From the NCBI GenBank assembly GCA_016188895.1, contig JACPGZ010000017.1:2538-66537 (forward strand): DNA of 64,000 nucleotides, in the 5' to 3' direction. Both the position numbers and the translations under genes were made by a program. The notes beneath the pieces were generated by a model, which was not told the origin of the DNA, made no database searches, and saw nothing but the letters and a program-made list of their open reading frames with translations. Positions 35,334 through 44,295 of the stretch are shown here, piece after piece (position 1 is the stretch's first letter; each line of letters starts with the position of its first letter). The DNA is from Candidatus Pacearchaeota archaeon (GTDB lineage Archaea > Nanobdellota > Nanobdellia > Pacearchaeales > GW2011-AR1).

Positions 35334-36344
35334 TTAATTTACTCTTATTTTTACATCTTTATTTACTATATTCTCGGGAATTCTTCCATTTGCAATATCA
35401 ATTATACTCTTAGCAGCGACAACCGCCATTTTTATCCTTGTATCTATTGTTGCTGATGCAATATGAGGAGTAAGAATAGTATTATTAAGATCTTTTAATT
35501 TAATTGGTGAATTAAAATCGCAAGTAATTTCTGGCTCACATTCAAATACATCTAATGCGGCTGCGAATATCTTTTTATTTTTTAAGGCATAAATCAATGC
35601 CTTTTCGTCAACAATTGGGCCCCTCGCTGTATTTATCAAAATTGCTGTTTTTTTCATAATGTTAAATTCCTTTTTACTTATCATATGCTTTGTTTCTGGT
35701 GTCAAGGGCAGATGAATTGAAATAAAGTCGGATTCTTTTAGTAATATTGGTAAGTCAGCAAATCTAGCTCTGTATTCTCCTTCAAATTTCTTATCCCTAT
35801 GTCTCGTATTGTAAATAATCTTCATTTCCATTCCTTTAGCAGCTCTTTTTGCAACTTCATATCCTATTCTTCCTAATCCAAGAATCCCCAAAGTTTTTCC
35901 TTTTAAGTCTTGACCAAGAAATAAGAATGGACTCCATGCCTTGTATTTTCCTTGTCTAGTAAATTTATCAGCTTCTACAATTCTACGGGCTGCAGCCAGC
36001 ATTAATGCGATAGTATGCTCTGCAACTGTCTCTGTGAGAACATCTGGAGTATTTGTAACGATGATTCCTCTTTTTGTTGCTATTTTGACATCAATATTAT
36101 CAAAACCAACTGCATAATTTGAGATAATCTTTAATTTAGGATTTGGTTCAATAACTTCTTTGTCAATATTATCTGTTAATAAACTAAGAAGAGCGTCTTT
36201 ATCTTTAATTTTCTTAATCAATTGCTTTTTTGAAAGAACTCTGTCTTCGCTATCATTAATTTCTACATTAAATCCTGACTTTCTTAATAATTCTATTCCT
36301 GCCTCTGGAATTTTGCGGGCAATAAATACATTAAATTTCTTCAT
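35334..36344 (-). CDS. D-2-hydroxyacid dehydrogenase (glyoxylate/hydroxypyruvate reductase-like)
   Basis: GKTLGILGLGRIGYEVAKRA NAD-binding motif and catalytic R/E/H pattern. Confidence 0.8.
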   Translation of the reverse strand: MKKFNVFIARKIPEAGIELLRKSGFNVEINDSEDRVLSKKQLIKKIKDKDALLSLLTDNIDKEVIEPNPKLKIISNYAVGFDNIDVKIATKRGIIVTNTPDVLTETVAEHTIALMLAAARRIVEADKFTRQGKYKAWSPFLFLGQDLKGKTLGILGLGRIGYEVAKRAAKGMEMKIIYNTRHRDKKFEGEYRARFADLPILLKESDFISIHLPLTPETKHMISKKEFNIMKKTAILINTARGPIVDEKALIYALKNKKIFAAALDVFECEPEITCDFNSPIKLKDLNNTILTPHIASATIDTRIKMAVVAAKSIIDIANGRIPENIVNKDVKIRVN

Positions 36345-37330
36345 TTTTTTCTAATCATATCTTTAACAGCTTTAATAACATCTTGAGCAGTGCAACCAAA
36401 TTTTTTTAATAATTCTTGTGGTTCTCCTGACTCGCCAAATCTATCTTTTATGCCAACAAATCTTATAGGAGTAGGATAATTTTGGCTTAAAATTTCTGCA
36501 ACAGCTCCTCCTAATCCTCCTGTTATTTGATGTTCTTCTATTGTAACTACTGCTTTTGTTTTTTTAACTGCATTTATTATTGTATTTTTATCAAGAGGTT
36601 TTATTGTATGGCTGTTAATGACGATAGAACCGATACCTTGACTCTTAAGTTCGCGTGCTGCTAGAAGAGCTTCATAGACAAGTGATCCGCATCCTATAAT
36701 GGTAACTTTAGGATTTTTTGATTCCCAAAAGATTTCTGCTTTTCCTATCTTAAATGGGGTTTTATTTGTTGTAAAAACAGGTGTTTTTTCTCTTGTAAAT
36801 CTAATATAAATAGGTTTCGCTGTTTGAGCAGCAGATATTGTTGCTTTTGTTGTTTCTATTGAATCGCATGGAGCAATAACCATCATGTTAGGCATTGCCC
36901 TCATAATTGCTATATCCTCTAGTTGTTGATGAGTTGCTCCATCTGGCCCTACAGATATTCCTGAATGTGCGCCTGCTATTTTTACAGGTAGATCATTTAA
37001 TGCAATTGTTGTTCTTATTTGTTCCCAATTTCTTCCAGGAGAAAATGCAGAATAAGATGCAATAAATGGTATCTTTCCATAGTTTGCCATGCCAGCTGCA
37101 AGTGTTGCTAATAATTGTTCTGCAACCCCTACTTCTATAAATCTCTCTGGAAATACTTTTTTAAAATACTCTGTTCTTGTTGATTCTGTAAGATCTGCGC
37201 ATAATGCAACAACTCTTTTATCCTTTTTTCCTGCTTCAACTAATCCTTCTCCATATCCGTTTCTTGTTGGAACTTGTTCTATATCACTAGAAAAAATCTT
37301 TTTTGACAGATGTGCTGATTTTTTAATCAT
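36341..37330 (-). CDS. transketolase, C-terminal subunit
   Basis: PTRNGYGEGLVEAG...ADLTEST, Pyr-binding and C-terminal domains. Split-transketolase arrangement. Confidence 0.85.
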   Translation of the reverse strand: MIKKSAHLSKKIFSSDIEQVPTRNGYGEGLVEAGKKDKRVVALCADLTESTRTEYFKKVFPERFIEVGVAEQLLATLAAGMANYGKIPFIASYSAFSPGRNWEQIRTTIALNDLPVKIAGAHSGISVGPDGATHQQLEDIAIMRAMPNMMVIAPCDSIETTKATISAAQTAKPIYIRFTREKTPVFTTNKTPFKIGKAEIFWESKNPKVTIIGCGSLVYEALLAARELKSQGIGSIVINSHTIKPLDKNTIINAVKKTKAVVTIEEHQITGGLGGAVAEILSQNYPTPIRFVGIKDRFGESGEPQELLKKFGCTAQDVIKAVKDMIRKK

Positions 37331-38205
37331 TCATGCTCACCTCTTATTTTTCCTCCTAATGTTCTTAACTCGTGCAAAGCTTTTTTAGCTTCTTCTACGG
37401 TTGGAGGCTTGCCGTGCCATTCTGGAAGATTTTCCATGAAAGAAACACTTTTTCCTGGAATTGTATGAGCAATAATTACACTTGGTTTTTCGTAAACAGC
37501 TTTTGCATGATTAACAGCATCAATAATTTCTTGCATATTATGTCCGTCAATGTGCAAAACATGCCAGTTAAATGCCTTGTACTTGTCTTCAAGAGGTTCA
37601 AGGGGCATTACATCTTCTGTATATCCATCAATCTGAATGTTATTACGATCTATCACAACTGTTAGATTCGATAGCTTATACTTGCCTGCAAAAAGCACAG
37701 CCTCCCAATGATTTCCTGCATCATGCTCTCCATCTGAACAGAAACAATAAACCCTGAATTTTTTGTTATCCATTCTTGCTGCATATGCGTATCCTGCTGA
37801 TTGAGCTAATCCTGATCCTAATGGCCCAGAAGTTGTTTCAACTCCGGGCAATCTTGTTCTTTCTGGATGTCCTTGAAGACGTGAACCAAGTTTTCTTAAT
37901 GTCATTAATTCCTGCTTTGGAAAATAACCAGCGTGAGCCATTGCAACATATCTTACAGGAGTTATGTGCCCATTTGAAAGTATAAGCCTATCTCTGTCTT
38001 GCCAGCCCGGATTTTTTGGATTGTGATTTAGTATGTTAAAATAAAAAGCAGTAAAAACATCTGCCATTCCTAAGGGGCCGGCTGAATGCCCGGATCCTGC
38101 TTTAACAAGCATTTTTATTATATCTTCTCTAATTCCATTTGCGATCTTCTGTAATTTTTTGATATCTGTAATTTTTTTGAATATAATTTTATCCTCTTTT
38201 TTCAA
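37327..38205 (-). CDS. transketolase, N-terminal (TPP-binding) subunit
   Basis: GHSAGPLGMADV...GDGEHDAGNHWEA thiamine-diphosphate binding motifs. Confidence 0.85.
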   Translation of the reverse strand: MKKEDKIIFKKITDIKKLQKIANGIREDIIKMLVKAGSGHSAGPLGMADVFTAFYFNILNHNPKNPGWQDRDRLILSNGHITPVRYVAMAHAGYFPKQELMTLRKLGSRLQGHPERTRLPGVETTSGPLGSGLAQSAGYAYAARMDNKKFRVYCFCSDGEHDAGNHWEAVLFAGKYKLSNLTVVIDRNNIQIDGYTEDVMPLEPLEDKYKAFNWHVLHIDGHNMQEIIDAVNHAKAVYEKPSVIIAHTIPGKSVSFMENLPEWHGKPPTVEEAKKALHELRTLGGKIRGEHE

Positions 38206-38659
38206 TATATGTTTTAAATTTTTTAAGTGCCTTTATTTGACTGGGTGTTGGATGTGCTGATGGACGCTTGCTTTTTATCTTTTTAATTGCATCCGCAACA
38301 TCCATGCCTTCTGAAATAAAATATGCTGCAGCAAGTGTTGGAGCTCTTGTGTGGCCTTGCCTGCAATGTATATACACTTTAATGTCATTTTCAATTAACC
38401 ATTTGATGAAATATGTCCCAATAATCATCTGTTTCATTGTTGGGGCTTTGTGGTCTTTTGTTGGGAGCCATAGATAATAATCAACTCCAAATGGATGGTC
38501 TAGTCTTATCTCTTCCAAACTTATATCAGCTGTTATTCCTTTTGATAATAAGGTTTTTTTAAAATGGGTTATGCAGCATTTATTTGTTCCAATATAAATG
38601 TTTGGAGTAATTTTTGAGTATTCAAATTCTGATTTTTCTTTATGAAGTTTTTTTCTCAT
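38189..38659 (-). CDS. dual-specificity protein phosphatase
   Basis: VYIHCRQGHTRAP = HCxxGxxR(S/T) active-site loop. Confidence 0.55.
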   Translation of the reverse strand: MRKKLHKEKSEFEYSKITPNIYIGTNKCCITHFKKTLLSKGITADISLEEIRLDHPFGVDYYLWLPTKDHKAPTMKQMIIGTYFIKWLIENDIKVYIHCRQGHTRAPTLAAAYFISEGMDVADAIKKIKSKRPSAHPTPSQIKALKKFKTYIEKRG

Positions 38660-38663
38660 TTTC

Positions 38664-39044
38664 TCAATCCCTTTTTAATTTTTCTTCATTATTTTTTCCT
38701 TCATTACCTCGGTAAGTTACCCAATGACTCTCTGTTTCATAAACTTTTATCTCGTACAGTCCTTCTAATTTTCCTTCTAATTTGTTCCAAGTCCATACTG
38801 CGATGTTTTCGGCACTAGGAACATCGATATGATCATTAAGATAACTATGATCTAATATCTCTATGACTTCTTCTTGAACTATCTCTCTTAGTTTGTTAAG
38901 ATCTACAACCCGACCATTTTTAACTTGGCCCTCTATTGTTATTTCCAGTCCATAAGTATGTCCATGAAGTTGTGTTTCTTTTTTTCCAAAATCTTTCATT
39001 AAAGTGTGGGCTGCATCAAACTTAAATTTTCTTGTAAATTGCAT
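38664..39044 (-). CDS. 6-pyruvoyl-tetrahydropterin synthase family (PTPS/QueD)
   Basis: FKFDAAHTL...HGHTYGLEITIEG and C-terminal H..E motif. Confidence 0.8.
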   Translation of the reverse strand: MQFTRKFKFDAAHTLMKDFGKKETQLHGHTYGLEITIEGQVKNGRVVDLNKLREIVQEEVIEILDHSYLNDHIDVPSAENIAVWTWNKLEGKLEGLYEIKVYETESHWVTYRGNEGKNNEEKLKRD

Positions 39045-39060
39045 TTTTACTTTCTTAAAA

Positions 39061-39885
39061 TCATTTTAATAAATCTTTAGGAGTGAAGCTGGAATTTACA
39101 ACTTCTTCGGTTATGTTTTCCGAATGATAAAAATCTTTAGGTTCGGATGGAAGATATGTCCTTACAATTCCTCTGCCAGGATAGTATCCAATTCGCACGT
39201 CTCTCGTCGGTGTCTTGTCTAAGAGCAAGTCAATAGCAGCATCTACAACCGACTCCAACTTAACAGGGTCTTGGACTTGATTAGCTCTAATAGCATCCAT
39301 CATTTTATCTGTAGCAACGGTGTTTGGGTATAATCTATAAAGCCTAACATTTTCAACGCCTTCTCTTTGTAGTTCTTCCTCGAGATGAAATAGTCCTGCA
39401 ACAAGTCCCATCTTAGCAGGCCCATAGCCAAGACCGGAGTCCATAACTTTAAGTGCGGCTTGGGAAGCAACTGTCAAGATTCTTAGATTATTTTCTTTCT
39501 CGCCACTAAACCTGCTAGTTAAAAAATGCGTTAGTTCGTAAGGTGCCTTCATATCAAATTCAATCAGTTTCCAAATATCTGCAAAGGGTGTATCAAGAGA
39601 TTGTCCTTTCCATGCGCCCGCATTATTAATGAAAAAATCCAAACGACCATTTTCATGATAAACTCCTTCCACAATTTTTTTCATTGCTTCAATATCTGTA
39701 ATATCTGCAGGTTTAATATATGCTTTTCCGCCTTGTTGTATTATTTTTTCTTTTGCTTTTTCTAGTTTTTCTTGCGTTCTAGCAATCAAATAAACGAGAG
39801 CTCCTTTAGAAGCCAAAGCAGATGCTATTCCAAAACCGATGCCTTCGCTTCCGCCTGTTACAATAGCAACCTTATTCTCCAACAT
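39061..39885 (-). CDS. short-chain dehydrogenase/reductase (sepiapterin-reductase-like by context)
   Basis: VAIVTGGSEGIGFGIA (TGxxxGxG), NNAG, Y...K. Located between PTPS and FolE. Confidence 0.7.
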   Translation of the reverse strand: MLENKVAIVTGGSEGIGFGIASALASKGALVYLIARTQEKLEKAKEKIIQQGGKAYIKPADITDIEAMKKIVEGVYHENGRLDFFINNAGAWKGQSLDTPFADIWKLIEFDMKAPYELTHFLTSRFSGEKENNLRILTVASQAALKVMDSGLGYGPAKMGLVAGLFHLEEELQREGVENVRLYRLYPNTVATDKMMDAIRANQVQDPVKLESVVDAAIDLLLDKTPTRDVRIGYYPGRGIVRTYLPSEPKDFYHSENITEEVVNSSFTPKDLLK

Positions 39886-39886
39886 T

Positions 39887-40483
39887 TTAACTATTCCTCA
39901 TTGACTCATAGAATTTTAATTCCATTTCGGGCTGTGTGAGAAAAATACCATTAGCTGCGCTTGTCGTTGTAGCTACATCTTTTTGTTTAACTCCTCTCAT
40001 CTGCATACAATAATGCTCTCCACGAACCATACAGATTGCTCCTTTTGTATGCATATTTTTTTCCATAAGCTCAACAATTTCTTGTGTAAATGTTTCTTGT
40101 AGTGCCGGTTTTTTTGCTAGTAATTCAATTATTCTAACTAACTTACTTAGACCAACGCCACAGCCGTCTGGAATATACCCTACAGCAACTTCATACCTAA
40201 CTGGGAGAAAATGATGTGGACACATAGAAAATACAACTATATTCTTTTCAAACACCATTCCTTTGTAGTCAGTTGGAAAACATGTTTTGAATATTTTTTC
40301 TACATCCTCTTTTGTATGATCCAAACCAGCAAAAATTTCTTTGTATGCCCTAGCAAATCTCGAGGGCGTTTCTTTAAAATTTGGATCATTGATATCTAAT
40401 CCTAGCCCTCTCTCAAGTATTTCTCTAAAATGTTCCCCAATTACCTCTTCATTAATTCCGTTGTTTATATTTGCTTTTTCCAT
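39887..40483 (-). CDS. folE: GTP cyclohydrolase I (FolE type)
   Basis: ...VVFSMCPHHFLPV... (CxHH motif of GCH-I). ~200 aa. Confidence 0.75.
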   Translation of the reverse strand: MEKANINNGINEEVIGEHFREILERGLGLDINDPNFKETPSRFARAYKEIFAGLDHTKEDVEKIFKTCFPTDYKGMVFEKNIVVFSMCPHHFLPVRYEVAVGYIPDGCGVGLSKLVRIIELLAKKPALQETFTQEIVELMEKNMHTKGAICMVRGEHYCMQMRGVKQKDVATTTSAANGIFLTQPEMELKFYESMRNS

Positions 40484-40677
40484 TATCTATATTCCAATTT
40501 TTTGGCTTTATTTAAGTTTGATATCTGGGCATCGTATTTCTTACAAAAAGCTTCATGCTCTTCTGCTAATTTTCTTTTTTTATATATTAATCTACAAAAC
40601 ATACACCTGAAATATTTTCTGCCTCTTATATTAACTTCTTTCACCATTTTATCACTCCACACAGCACGCCATTTCAT
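40483..40677 (-). CDS. small Cys/His protein (possible zinc finger)
   Basis: 64 aa, FRCMFC...H...FC. Confidence 0.3.
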   Translation of the reverse strand: MKWRAVWSDKMVKEVNIRGRKYFRCMFCRLIYKKRKLAEEHEAFCKKYDAQISNLNKAKKLEYR

Positions 40678-42061
40678 CTAAATTTTGGTCAAAGCTTTGA
40701 GCAACTTTCTTTATCATCTCGCTTAATGTAGGAAAAACATGGACTGTATCTCTGATATCGTAGATTGTCATTTTGTTCTTAATTGCATAAGTGGCTGTTG
40801 TTATTATATCGGCAGCCATTGGTCCAACAATATGAACTCCAATAACGACCTTTGTTTTAGGATCAAGCACCATTCTAATTAAACCACGAGTATCTTTAAT
40901 TGCTGCTGCTTTTTCTACATGGTCTAGTGTTATTGTTCTGCACAAGCAAACGTTATATTTTTTCATAAATTCTTCTTCTGTTATTCCAACTGCTGCAACT
41001 TCTGGAGAAGTGAACACAGCATGGGGAACTTCATTATAATTTATTTTTTTCTCTGCGTTTTCAAACATGTTTAGAATAGCAATATTTCCTTCTTTTGCTG
41101 CTGTTGTTTCAAGAGGCAATAATCCTGTAACATCGCCAGCAGCGTAAATATGCTTCTGAGAAGTTTGCATATACTCATTTACTTTGACAAATCCTCGCTC
41201 ATCAAGCTCGATATTGGCTTTTTCTGTTTCAATAAGTTTTGTATGTGGTTGTAAGCCAGCAGCCAGCATTAACATTTCAGCAGATAAAATATTTTCTTTT
41301 CCATCAATTTTTACATTTAATTCTATTCCGTTTTTTGTTTTCTTTACTTCTTGTATATCTGTTTTAGTATAAATTGTAATTCCTTCTTCTTCCAAATATT
41401 TTTGTAACTCCTCGCCAAGCATTGAATCAAATTTTGGTATAATTCTTTCTGAGCGCTGTAAAACTGTAACTTTAATTCCAAAATGATGGAAAATTTGAGA
41501 AAATTCCATACCAAGTGGACCACCACCAATTATAATTACAGATTCTGGTTTTTTCTTTAGATTGAAAATATTAACATTTGTTATGTAATCAATTTTATCA
41601 ATGCCTTTTATTGCCGGGACAAAAGTAGACGCTCCTGTTGCTATAAGAAAGTATTTTCCTTTGAATGTTTCATTGCCTACTTTTACAGTGTGTGAATCTA
41701 AAAAAGAGGCTAACCCTTCTTTAAAGTCAACATATTCTTGTTTTTCAATAACTTTCTCGTAATTTTTACTTCTAAACTTTTCAACCATTTCATGAGTTTC
41801 TTTTAATGCTTCTATAAAATCAGCTTTGCCTTCTAATTTTATTGCCCTAAACTGACCCCTCAATGCGTAAAAATACTCCTCTCCTTGATGAAGCATTATT
41901 TTTGACGGCACACACCCAACGTTTACGCATGTTCCGCCAAGAGGCAGGATTTTCTCATAGTTTATTAGAAGTGTTTTCTTTTTCAGCTTGTTTGCTGTGT
42001 TTGCTGCTGCAAAAGCCCCAGCTCCTCCGCCAATTATAATTAAATCATATTCCTTATCCAT
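40652..42061 (-). CDS. merA: mercuric reductase-like FAD pyridine-nucleotide-disulfide oxidoreductase (no N-terminal HMA domain)
   Basis: LGGTCVNVGCVPSK redox-active disulfide. C-terminal vicinal Cys pair (MACCVE) typical of MerA rather than Lpd. Confidence 0.7.
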   Translation of the reverse strand: MDKEYDLIIIGGGAGAFAAANTANKLKKKTLLINYEKILPLGGTCVNVGCVPSKIMLHQGEEYFYALRGQFRAIKLEGKADFIEALKETHEMVEKFRSKNYEKVIEKQEYVDFKEGLASFLDSHTVKVGNETFKGKYFLIATGASTFVPAIKGIDKIDYITNVNIFNLKKKPESVIIIGGGPLGMEFSQIFHHFGIKVTVLQRSERIIPKFDSMLGEELQKYLEEEGITIYTKTDIQEVKKTKNGIELNVKIDGKENILSAEMLMLAAGLQPHTKLIETEKANIELDERGFVKVNEYMQTSQKHIYAAGDVTGLLPLETTAAKEGNIAILNMFENAEKKINYNEVPHAVFTSPEVAAVGITEEEFMKKYNVCLCRTITLDHVEKAAAIKDTRGLIRMVLDPKTKVVIGVHIVGPMAADIITTATYAIKNKMTIYDIRDTVHVFPTLSEMIKKVAQSFDQNLDEMACCVE

Positions 42062-42392
42062 CTTTAATCACTCCGCAATTTTCTAGTCTTTCTTTGTATT
42101 TCCGAATGTGTTTATCAAATAAATCAACTATTGGAATTATGGTTTCTTCATCAAGAGAATATTCTCTGAAATTGCCATTTTGGGTTACTTTTACAAATCC
42201 GCAATGCTCCAAACATCTAAGATTATGAGATACTCTGCTTTGTTCAAATCCCGTCTTTTCACATATTTCTGTAACTGTGAGAGGTTTCTTTCTTAATAGC
42301 TGAATAATTTCCAATCTCGTGTAATTGGAAAATGCTTTGAAGAATAACCTGTGAAGATTATCCATCTGATGAATTTGTTGTAGTTTAGGCAT
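42054..42392 (-). CDS. ArsR/SmtB-family metalloregulator
   Basis: HTH ...LTVTEICEKTGFEQSRVSHNLRCLEHCGFV. Translationally coupled to the merA-like gene. Confidence 0.7.
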   Translation of the reverse strand: MPKLQQIHQMDNLHRLFFKAFSNYTRLEIIQLLRKKPLTVTEICEKTGFEQSRVSHNLRCLEHCGFVKVTQNGNFREYSLDEETIIPIVDLFDKHIRKYKERLENCGVIKDG

Positions 42393-42442
42393 ATGATAAA
42401 GTTATCATATAGACTATTTAAATGTTTTGTTATGCTTTAAAA

Positions 42443-42892
42443 TTAAAATTCGCATCCACTTATAGCAGATAATCTCTCAAATGTCTGAACCTGTGGATAG
42501 AATTCGTTATTTATCTCCCATGTTGGTGTAACGCCTATTCCTTTTCTATCGCATAATTCTTTATTCTCTGAACACTTTACATAATTAAGATATTGCTTTG
42601 AATTGCCAAAAAAATTTAATTGCTTTGCTGTATATTGGCAGAAATCATTTCCATATACTACAGCGCCTTTTTCAGCCAGGCATTTTGCAAATGCGTCATA
42701 GTCGCCTGGTTTTTTCATGTATGAAAAAACAGAGGCTACAGAGAATATTCCGATTAATATTATTAATGATACTATCGCATATTTTCTGAAATTTGTTTTT
42801 TTAACTGGAGAAGAATGTTTTGCTTGAGCGTGCTGACTTAAAGCTTCTTCTGAATCAAAGCTACGATTACAAATTTGACATATGCTTGCCAT
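42443..42892 (-). CDS. membrane protein with N-terminal cytoplasmic C2H2 zinc finger, one TM, and an extracytoplasmic thioredoxin-like domain
   Basis: CQICNRSFDSEEALSQHAQAKH (C2H2). TM helix IVSLIILIGIFSVASVF. ...VVYGNDFCQYTAKQ...GIGVTPTW is thioredoxin-fold-like (VKOR-partner type). Confidence 0.5.
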   Translation of the reverse strand: MASICQICNRSFDSEEALSQHAQAKHSSPVKKTNFRKYAIVSLIILIGIFSVASVFSYMKKPGDYDAFAKCLAEKGAVVYGNDFCQYTAKQLNFFGNSKQYLNYVKCSENKELCDRKGIGVTPTWEINNEFYPQVQTFERLSAISGCEF

Positions 42893-42911
42893 TTTTCAAA
42901 AATTTTAATGA

Positions 42912-43073
42912 TTAACGACCGCATCCGCCGCCGCCATATTGGCTTGGCACTGATTGTGGTGCTACTGCAGCTCCTGATATCTTGTCTGAATTGTCATTGC
43001 GCAGACTATTTATACCAAAAACAACTACAGCAAGTATCAATATTACAAGCAAGATAACAACTGTTTTGTCCAT
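42912..43073 (-). CDS. small signal/TM peptide ending in GGGGCGR (53 aa)
   Basis: MDKTVVILLVILILAVVVFG... low-complexity tail ...QYGGGGCGR-stop. Below the ORF-track threshold. Confidence 0.3.
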   Translation of the reverse strand: MDKTVVILLVILILAVVVFGINSLRNDNSDKISGAAVAPQSVPSQYGGGGCGR

Positions 43074-43115
43074 ATTAACCTCCTTTCATGTTTCTCATTT
43101 TAATATATCACATAG

Positions 43116-43547
43116 TTATTTAAATATTTGTTTATTTTTTAATTTATCTTTGAGCAAAAATAACATGCTTAAGAAGACAATGCTACCCCCTATTATCCAG
43201 AAGAATATAGAATAATCTTGGAAAAATGGTGTGCCTGCTATAATTATGCCTGCATTAAGTATTATCATATTTTTTGAGATGCATCTGCTTCTGAAATAAA
43301 ATACTAATGCTGTTGCTAAAAGCAAAAGGGCTGCAATCCAAAAAGGAACAGCTACTTTTTGAAGGAATAACAAAGGCATGCCTACAATTGTTATCCCAAT
43401 AACAGATAGCAGGGCAATAATGCCTAAGCAGACATTATGGCAGACTTGATAGCCTCCTAAGAAGCTCAAAACTCCTGATAATCCACTTGATATTCCAATT
43501 GTTTTTTCTTTTAAATTTGATTTTTTCATCTTAATGATCCTTGGCAA
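43116..43547 (-). CDS. 4-TM membrane protein with CxxxC in TM1 (possible MerT-like metal transporter)
   Basis: GGYQVCHNVCLGIIALLS followed by three further TM helices. Confidence 0.4.
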   Translation of the reverse strand: MPRIIKMKKSNLKEKTIGISSGLSGVLSFLGGYQVCHNVCLGIIALLSVIGITIVGMPLLFLQKVAVPFWIAALLLLATALVFYFRSRCISKNMIILNAGIIIAGTPFFQDYSIFFWIIGGSIVFLSMLFLLKDKLKNKQIFK

Positions 43548-44295
43548 AATCAGTTATTGAATTTAATTGTTGTTCAAGAGAGCCATTTCCATCTGTTATT
43601 AAAATTTTATCTAAATCATTAAAGACATAATTTCTGTAATCTGAAATTTCCTTTCCATTGACATATGCTCTTATTCCTTGTGGAAATTCTAATTCAATGC
43701 TGTCAAAGAGTATCCATAAAGGAACTCCTGTTGCATGCATATGTAAGACACTTGAAGCGTCTTCTTTGTTTAGATTATCATCTAAATGAAGAAAACTACT
43801 TTTCATATAATATTTTTCATTTGCAAAATTTATTGTATTTCCATTAACATATACTTTAATATCAGCATGAATATGCTCTGAGCCTAAAATTCCTATAGTT
43901 GATTTTGAATCCATATTGCATTGCATTTGCCCTGAATCTATGCATTGTTCAACAGGCATGCCACAAGCATCACATTTTCCATCATTATCTTTGTCCATAA
44001 ACTGCTTTGCAAGCTCTATGTCAAAGGGTGTAAGAGACATGCGACTCATTCTTCCTGCCATAGGATTAGAAGCTGCTCCTGTAATCTTTTGCGCTAAGAA
44101 TAAAGATTTAGAGGCATAAAAAAGTGCTGATATGGCTACTATGAATACGAATATTATAAAGCCTGTAATTAATTTATCAGCCATGCTTTTATTATCTTTA
44201 ACTGTGCTGACTACTTCCTTATTTTCCATTACTTCATTTTTATCTTGGATTTTTTCTTCTGGAATTATCATTTTATCCTCTTGATTCATATTCAA
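43531..44295 (-). CDS. membrane-anchored protein with extracytoplasmic Cys-rich segment and HxH motifs
   Basis: N-terminal TM. DGKCDACGMPVEQCIDSGQMQC, then EHIHADIKVYVNG...VLHMHATG...WILFDSI. Paralogous pattern to the 44273 gene. Confidence 0.4.
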   Translation of the reverse strand: MNMNQEDKMIIPEEKIQDKNEVMENKEVVSTVKDNKSMADKLITGFIIFVFIVAISALFYASKSLFLAQKITGAASNPMAGRMSRMSLTPFDIELAKQFMDKDNDGKCDACGMPVEQCIDSGQMQCNMDSKSTIGILGSEHIHADIKVYVNGNTINFANEKYYMKSSFLHLDDNLNKEDASSVLHMHATGVPLWILFDSIELEFPQGIRAYVNGKEISDYRNYVFNDLDKILITDGNGSLEQQLNSITDFAKDH

